DNA of 64,000 nt. It comes from Chrysomallon squamiferum. Taxonomy: Eukaryota > Animalia > Mollusca. Position numbers and translations under genes: made by a program. The notes under the pieces are model-generated. The model saw only the letters and a list, made by a program, of their open reading frames with translations. It was not told where the DNA came from and did not search any database. This document shows positions 55,471 through 64,000 of this stretch, in pieces. Position 1 is the stretch's first letter. Each line of letters opens with the position of its first letter. The stretch lies in assembly GCA_012295275.1 (NCBI GenBank), contig CM022679.1:7254001-7318000 (forward strand), given 5' to 3'.

Positions 55471-55856
55471 GACTCAAGAACTTTTAAGATATTTAAAAAC
55501 TGATACTTAATCCTAACTTGTTCTAAATACTGATACATATGATATTTTATGTTTAAGTTTTTTTTATTTTTACATTTTTTTTATACAAAATTTAGCTTAC
55601 AGCAATGCAATTACTAAAATAAAAATAAAAAATAAAAATAAATTAAAAATTAAACAGTTTAAAAAGGTAATTATTCTGTAACAAAAACCTATTACTTGAT
55701 TTTTATTGATTTATTTATTTATTTTATGGCTTTAATACGTAATTAAGAAATCAAATCAGCCAATACTTTTTCAATTCATCTGGATTTTAAATAAAATATA
55801 TCTTATACTTACAGGGAGTCTTTTTTCTTTTTTTCAACATTAAATCCATCAACTAG

Positions 55857-55896
<40 letters not shown>

Positions 55897-58800
55897 GCTA
55901 CAAATTTTGAAAAATTGGAAATCTAAAAATTATGTTAAAAAAATAGCTCATACACATATTATAACAGTTGTTAAAAATACACTTAAATAGTCTGGGGAGC
56001 AAAGTTATTCATGTGAATAAATGTATGAAGCCAAAACACAGAATTGTATAGGTTTCCAGCCATTTATTTATTTATTTTTTGTTTTCTGCTAAAAAAAAAA
56101 ATATAAATAATAAAACCAATTGCATTTGTAGTTTTTATAATGTAATTTGTGATGATTACTTCAGTTATTTAAAATGAGTAAAGCAAAAAAATAATTCTTC
56201 ATGTATAAATAATGCTCTGATTGTATCTAGTATGCTAGTGATTTTTATAGTGTTCACAACTGCAGCATGTGTATAATAGTGAAATATTTACTTTCTGAAG
56301 AACATTTAGAACAGAATTACTAGGATCAGACATGAGAGCAAAAATAGTTCTATTAGCTAAGACACTGATGCTGGTATGCAAAGCACTATGCATCATAACT
56401 TTAAAATCTGGATTTGAAATTCTGTCACTCAAGGGCATATAATATATTTCTTAGATGATTTTTACTAAAGACTGGCTAATCAGAGTTGGATGGAGTCCAT
56501 AATATTGTCTCAAGTTTCAGTATCTTTGACTTTGGCATGTAACTTTCCAGTGAAAAGTCCTTTTTTTCTGGACTATGAAATGTACACTAAATGTATATTC
56601 ACTGTCACATTTTTCATATTAAATAGGTTGCACTGACTTAAAAAGGAGATCTTTACCACCCTCAAAATCTGTATTGCATACTTTTGTCATTAACAAAAAT
56701 GATTCTAATGAAATTAATTACCCAGAAACTTGCAAATCTATATTAAACTAGTCTAAAAGATATATTAACTTATTTAAAATGTAATAATAATAATTAAAAA
56801 AGATAAAGACACAAACACAGAAAAAAAAACCCCAGGTATCTGAGGATAACAGGATAAGAGATGAAATGGTTAAAAATGGTTACTGAACTTATTAGACTTA
56901 TGTACAATAGTTCTCTAACATTCTGTAATTAATTTTGTGTGTGTGTGTATGTCTGTGTGCATTTGTGTTTGTGTGTGTAAAATGAAGCAGATGATAATAA
57001 TAATATTTAAAAAAATTGTCTTGAATGAAAGAAACAAGAAAAGATGTGACTAATTAATTATGCATCAAGGTTATAGAATTCAAATGTACCAGGTATGCAG
57101 TTCATATATATTAATCTACAGATTACTACAACAATGACCGAAACAAACTGCATGCAGTTCAGCAAATGAATTATAATTATAGTAAAAGTATTTCACCATG
57201 TTAATGGAATCACTCACTTGTTGACAGCTGATTTAATCAAAAGGATCCATTGATGTAAATGTGCAATAAATGCATCCAGACAAATGCCAGCACACATTTA
57301 TCAATTAGAAGTAATGTATTCTGATAAGGAAATTTATCGTTTCAGATTTAGTTTCTATATACAAATCACTGCATATAAAAATGTCAATATGATACAACAC
57401 TAAATAAATATTGTCTTTCTATGACTGTTGCTCTAAATTATTTCTTAATAGTACTTGTTTTACACAGATTTTAACTGAAAGCACAAATCAACAATCAAAC
57501 TATCAATAAAATGGCAGTTTTTACACAAAGCAAATTTTCATCAGACATGTCTATAGACTATTACAGATCATGCACACATTTCTGTTAGGACTAACAGTGA
57601 TTCCACAGGCAGTGGGCTTACCAGATATGAAAGTATAGTGCTTCGTAATGACCCTGTATTTAAGCTGTACACTTTACTGTGCTAATAACTGATGGAATCT
57701 TGTCTAGTCTTTGTTGTGGACCATCACTGCAAGCCGGTCAGAATATTTTCAGACAATTTTCTCATCAGACAGGAGAAAAAGAGTTTCATCAATACTTTTA
57801 TTTCACAGTGGCAAAATGATGACAGACATGTATCTGCTTAGTGGTGAATCCCTGTAGGAAAAAAATGTCTAAGTCTTAGATGGGGATTTTAAATATTCTG
57901 ACATATTACAAGCTTACAACACTAATTTGTTGATAGGTCTGTCATATTTTTGTCTTCTTAAACAGGTCTTTTCCACATTAATTCCTTTCTATTCAAAGGA
58001 TTATGTAATATTTCAAGGAAACAGTGATCCATGAATATGACGTATCTTAACAGAATTTCAATCAGTACTGCATCATATGTCAATTATGTTAAAGGTTACT
58101 GTGAAACAGATTGTAGTTCTCTTAATTTAAAAAAAAAAAGAAAAAAAAGTATCATTATTAATTATGGTAAATCTGAAATATTTCAAGTGAAAATATAGTA
58201 ATACATTTTTTTTTCATAAGAAAACTATCTAAAACCAGTAATTAATTTCTTTCTATTCAACACATCCCTTTTATACTTTTTATACTATTGAAATCTCAGT
58301 TAATAAATTCATGCTTTTATTAATATTTTGATGGATAAGTAGCTTTCCTCATCAATACCATATCACTAGGCATTTAAATCAATCTAATCCATTAAATCAA
58401 AAATAAATTTACAAATACATTATATATATATACACAGTGAAAAGAATGAAATTTATTAACAGACACAAAAAAAAAAACCCACAAGAATTATTATTATTTT
58501 AATAAAAATCAGGTAATAAAATCTGATTTTACAGGAAAATTAAAGAAATCATTTTACTTAGATAAATTGTAAGCAAATCTTTTTCCCCCTGAAAAATAAC
58601 TCATAGAATATCTTAAAACATGAAACCCTGAACATGAAATGGGAGAGACAAGATGAAATTTAAACTTTCCTATAACTACAATACAGTGACCAATTTTATT
58701 GATTTATTAAATCACTGTACCTTAATGTGATCAGGCTACTCTTGCATAGAAACTCATTCAATTTGTACATGACATGTGGCATGAAAACAAATTCAGTTTG

Positions 58801-59446
58801 AATTTATCAATTACCAGTTGAAGAATGTTTTTAAAAACACTTTAAAGTTCCTCTTCTGTCAAGATTACTGTCTGACAAAAGACAATTAAAAGTGACAGAG
58901 ACAATAAAACTAGCTGTTTTTGCCATCAAGTAAAAAGTGGGTTACCAAACTGTGTGAAGGAAGCAGGTATTGATCTAAATGAGATGCATCTTCTTACATG
59001 AGTTCGCCAGGGAAGAGAAATGATTCAGTTCATAAACTCACTAATCTCGAAACAAATACAACCATATTAGACTGTAATTACATTATCACTGCCTTGAGGA
59101 GTCCAATTTCATTCAGATGTCAGGCTTTCAGTGGGCAACAAGTGAAACAAGTGACTATCCACTAATCAAAGAATTATTATCAACTCTCAAATGTGTCTAA
59201 CAAATAAAATAATTATTACAAGCAACAGCACTGCTTGACAGAATTTTAAGAGTCAGATCAGTCATGATGCCCCCTAAAAAATGTCAAATGTATCAACCAT
59301 TTTAAATATTGTAAAATTGAAAATATTAAATACTTCTTATCAGTTAAAACCAAAACTTCTAAAACCCTAAAGGTGTTATTTACACATGACATTTTTCAAA
59401 ATGAAAAGTAATGAAAAAAATTTGCTTGTATCTTGAATGGATTTTT

Positions 59447-59495
<49 letters not shown>

Positions 59496-60582
59496 TGTCA
59501 AAATTCAAAAAAATAAAAAAATAAAACAAAAATAAAAAAAATTGATGAACAGCATACTATCAAAACATATTACAATCACAGTCAGGTTAAGTCTATTTTA
59601 TGGATTTCTGAGTTACAATTTACAGATCAACTGAAAATATCAGATAAGACTTTTTATCTAATATTAATCTCTACATGTAGACATCCTGTTGGTAACATCT
59701 GTAGATCCACATCATATTTATATAAAATTGTTAACGTTAAACATTTCATACAGTCCATATACATTTTTCAGCATGTTATTTTTATTCCTTTTGTTTCTTC
59801 TTTTATCATCTTCAAAAAGGGTTAGAAAATTCATTGTTTCAGGTTCCTTGTTTTTACACATTTTTAACATTTACTATGGTAGTGTTCATTTACTATACAA
59901 TGTAATATTCAAAAGAACTGCTATAACTTTATTACTATTTTAAACCACACTGAAAGCAAGTTATCTATACAGTACTAAATAAAATACATTAAACCTATTA
60001 CAGCTACTTCATTTGTCTAGTATTAATAAAAGTATTGCATTTTTCCTAACATTACATTTGATCACTTTTAAAATTTATGTAAACTAGAACATTAAATCAT
60101 TTTTAATATTTTTTTTAAATTTCACATGATCATCAAAGGAATGTGGTGTGAATGAGGACTAGAGGCAATTTCCATAAACATGTTAAAACTGTAGAAACCA
60201 TGCCTTAGGTGATACAAAAAATTTCATAAATGCTTTTAAAACTCCTCTTGACACACTCATGGAACACCTGATGCAAGAATAGTGAAATATCTCAGTTCCA
60301 TTTACAAGTTTTTTCACATTATAATCTTTCTAAAATAGACGAAATGTGGGGTTTTTTTCTTCATTTTTTTCATTGAGTAGATATTCTGCTAGTATTTATT
60401 ATAGCTTTAATCAATCATCATATATTCTATTTCAGTAATGTCATTCAATTTCTGTGGACATCTAAACAATTTATAGTTTTCGTCCTTTGTTTTCAAGTTT
60501 CACAAACAGTAGTACTGTTATTTCTTGTGAAATATCTGTGCTAATAGAACTTTTAAACACACCCACTCACTCTCATATACAA

Positions 60583-60623
<41 letters not shown>

Positions 60624-63600
60624 CACACACACTATCATACATGCATGCACAAACACACACATACACATATCACCATCACCACCAACCAAATCACATGGGA
60701 AACAAATATAAAGCTATTGTATCACTTAAAGGATTAATAGTCCATGGCCTATAATTAACAAATGTTGAAACATGAAAATTGAATACAGTAGGAATTTACA
60801 TTTTCCTCCTACTTGGCTTATTTTTTGTTTGTTTTTAATTTAAATCTAATTTCAAATGAAAATTAAAAATAATAATATTTTTTTTGTTTTTTTTTTAAAA
60901 TAGATAATATTTTGTTTTCACAATTTTCTTAAGAAAAAATTATTTCTATGACTGTTTTCTTTCCCTCCCAATGCTATTAATATTTTAATAATATTACTTT
61001 TTTATTATTATTATTTTTATAATTAGTACTACATGCAGTGAATTTCTATGCTGTTGAGTGTTTCTGAAATGCTGTTATTCTATTTGATATACATTTCTAA
61101 AGCAGCTGGTGCAAATTGCATATTAACAGTTTCTTTAACATAAATCATTAAATGATTCCAAATAATTCCAAAGTTAAGTATTTCGCTTTTATTTCAGTGC
61201 AAATTATTTTTATATGATTAATAATAAAATGTTATACTGTACTCTACGACATATAAATTAAGAAATCAGTTAACAAATGTTTGACGCCAGAACCAGTAAG
61301 AAATCTTTTACATTTTTAAAATAAGAAAGCACAAATAACAGCCTGATGCAGCAACAATGTTTGAAAATAATTAAAATGGATGCACTGAAGAGTTAAACCT
61401 GCAATTAATTGCTTTCTAATGAGTGCATCTATCTATCTGTATATATATTTATATCTATATAACATAGACATGTCTACACACACACACACACACACAGAAG
61501 ATTTCTTTTTCAATAACCAAGAAAAAATGTTTAAAACTAAATTAATTTACAATCTTTGTGAACAAATAAACCAACATTTTTCTGACAAACAAATGTCATC
61601 ACAACTCTATGTTATAAATAGAAATGGAAATTTTAAAAATGTTTGAATTGCATTATATTAATGAACCTACAATTTTTTAATAACATTGTAATTTCAAAAA
61701 ACAAACAAAAAAAGTGAATAAGATCACAATTATCAATTAAGAAAGTTTTAGAGGTTGGAATGCAAAATATAATAATAATAAAAAAATATATATATATATT
61801 TGGAATAACATTTTTTGAATATATATTAAACATCAGTAGAGTCTTATACATTTTTATGTGGTTAATAACCATATAAATGTCTCTACAGATGGGACAGAAC
61901 ATCCAGAAACCTTTTGATCTTTCATACAGCCAAGCCACATGAAATGAAATTTACATATTTACAGCAATACCAAATTTTACATGTTAACTGGATGATCATG
62001 ATCTCATCAAAAATCTAGACTCTGAAAATATTACGAACACTACCACTGATAACCAATTATTAATTATGTCAGTTTTCTTTTTGTTATATATTCTACAAAT
62101 GTTCTTCCTATCTTTATATCCTAACCTAGCAAAAAATACTTTGTTAATGAGCATAACTATTTAAATGTACGGTCATCAAAATTACTCTAATGAACTGCTT
62201 AAGTATTTTTGTGGAAAACAAAAGATATCAAAATATGCACTATGATTTATCACTCTATGTCACATCATAGTGCTAAAAAAGTACTAGTTTGAACTGTTCA
62301 AGCCATGCAAATGAAGCATTCAAAATTTAAAGCACACTTAATACAAAAAATAAAAATAATTCAATTTTCATCTCTGCTTCTTTGCTCTGTATGAATGAGT
62401 AATAAAAGAACAAAGTTCTTAATATAATTGCCTGCAGTGAATTTAGAAATGAATATGGAAGATGAATGTAAATAAAAACAAACTTCTCTGACAAAGATCA
62501 CTAACAAATTCACGTATCAGATATCAGATATGTAGGTGTTTTTTCATGTTGGGTATTGGTACACCATCCATTTTAATTTTAAACAATTTGAATATTTTCT
62601 TAATATTAACTGTCAATGATACCTTATGTCTTTATTTTAACTTTTCAAAAATAAAAGCCCTTTTTTTTTTTCTTACTTACTTTCCAAAATTCAATTATTA
62701 AAATCACTGTTCAAGGTGAGTACATAAAACAAATAACTGCTTTTATAACTGAAAGTAATCCAGTATTAAAACATTTATGAAAAGAAAAAAAAAAATGTTT
62801 TTCTTTTTAAGGAAATATGTTAATATACACAAGTATTATCTCATTTTTGTTATTTTAATCCAAGTCACAAGTAGTAAACATTAAATTAATAGTGGCAAAC
62901 AATGAAAATTTTCAAATGCTGAAGACCACAAGATATTCTGGTTACAATTGAATTATGATCTGGAACAAGGATATGCGTGTTAGTAATGGTGATACTGGGA
63001 ATACAGAGGTGTTCATCGTGAACTGAGATATGTCACAGATGCACACAGCAATTAGTAATCATCTATTAGTTCAGAGCCAGCGATCTCTGAAGACAGTCCT
63101 GAAATAAAGAACCTATTTCATCCCCATTTTATTCATGTTCCACATGTTAATGTTTGATTTTTACAAAATCTATAGTCCATGTGAGTACTGTTATAACTGG
63201 CATGGTAAGAAACACCAGTCAGTTGAAAAATATCTTTGCATTCTCTGAAATAAAATTTAATAATTTATTTCTAATTAAGCAAAATTATTTATTTTTAGAC
63301 ATTTAAACCTAAGGATTAAGGAATTTAAAACATCAACTTCAAAACAGTTTGTTATTTAAGGAAAGAATCTTTATAAACCAGATTACTTCTAAAATATTTT
63401 GCATGTAATACAAACATGCCAAGTTGGGTACTGGAAGCATAATGTATCATTTTCATCAAATTTAAATGGATAATCTGTAATCAGATCAACAGACTTTAGC
63501 CATTATCAGCCAGATTATATTGTTGAAGGTCCTGTTAATTCAGTCTGATTTTACACTGTCTGGTAGAGAAAATTATGTCACAGATCAAGTAACAGATGCT

Positions 63601-64000
63601 ATATTCCATCTGTATTTAATTAAAAATTCCTAGATCCAATTAAATGTGATTAATATATTTTTGCTTATAATAAGCTCTTATAAACATGAGACAGGAATTA
63701 ACGTTTGGGCTTAGTATTAATTATTACTGAAGCAGGAATTTAGAAAGCAGTACAAAGTTTGATCTCATTAACAGTGCTTTGGAAGTCAGTGTTGCCTTGT
63801 AAACTCAGATCAACTGCTTAAGTAAGAATATTAACATATTTTCTTAAAAAACAAAGAGAGGTCAATGTAATCTGCCTAAGCATCAGTCTCCCAGTTTTTG
63901 AAAACATTTACACATATAACACTGCTTCTGCATTTATTAAACAATCATTAAAAAAAAGAGAGAATAAAGAAAAAAAAAAAAGAGTGAAATAATAAATAAA

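Overview
This is AT-rich, microsatellite-rich, intron-containing animal DNA, probably molluscan (gastropod-like repeats; inference). The window holds a tandem and inverted cluster of FOXRED2 (ERFAD)-like FAD-dependent oxidoreductase genes that share one 9-coding-exon architecture. There is one conserved copy (F, minus, 37206-48852, 635 aa) and three derived copies with open reading frames: A (plus, exons 4-9 only in the window), C (minus, 616 aa) and D (minus, 624 aa). Two deletion-riddled pseudogenes (B, E) complete the cluster. Main observation: copy F keeps the second Rossmann (NAD(P)H-binding) motif GRGNSA and the downstream Arg (GRSR). The derived copies replace the motif with QND(H/D)S(A/G), lose that Arg, delete a 10-aa acidic loop and are hypervariable in exons 4-6. 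The signal peptide and FAD-binding GAGPAG motif are nearly unchanged in C and D, as are exons 7-8 in all three. This suggests a neofunctionalised, secretory-pathway flavoprotein subfamily. Positions 49-64 kb contain no supportable coding gene, only transposon remnants, inverted repeats, a minisatellite and possible 5'UTR exons.
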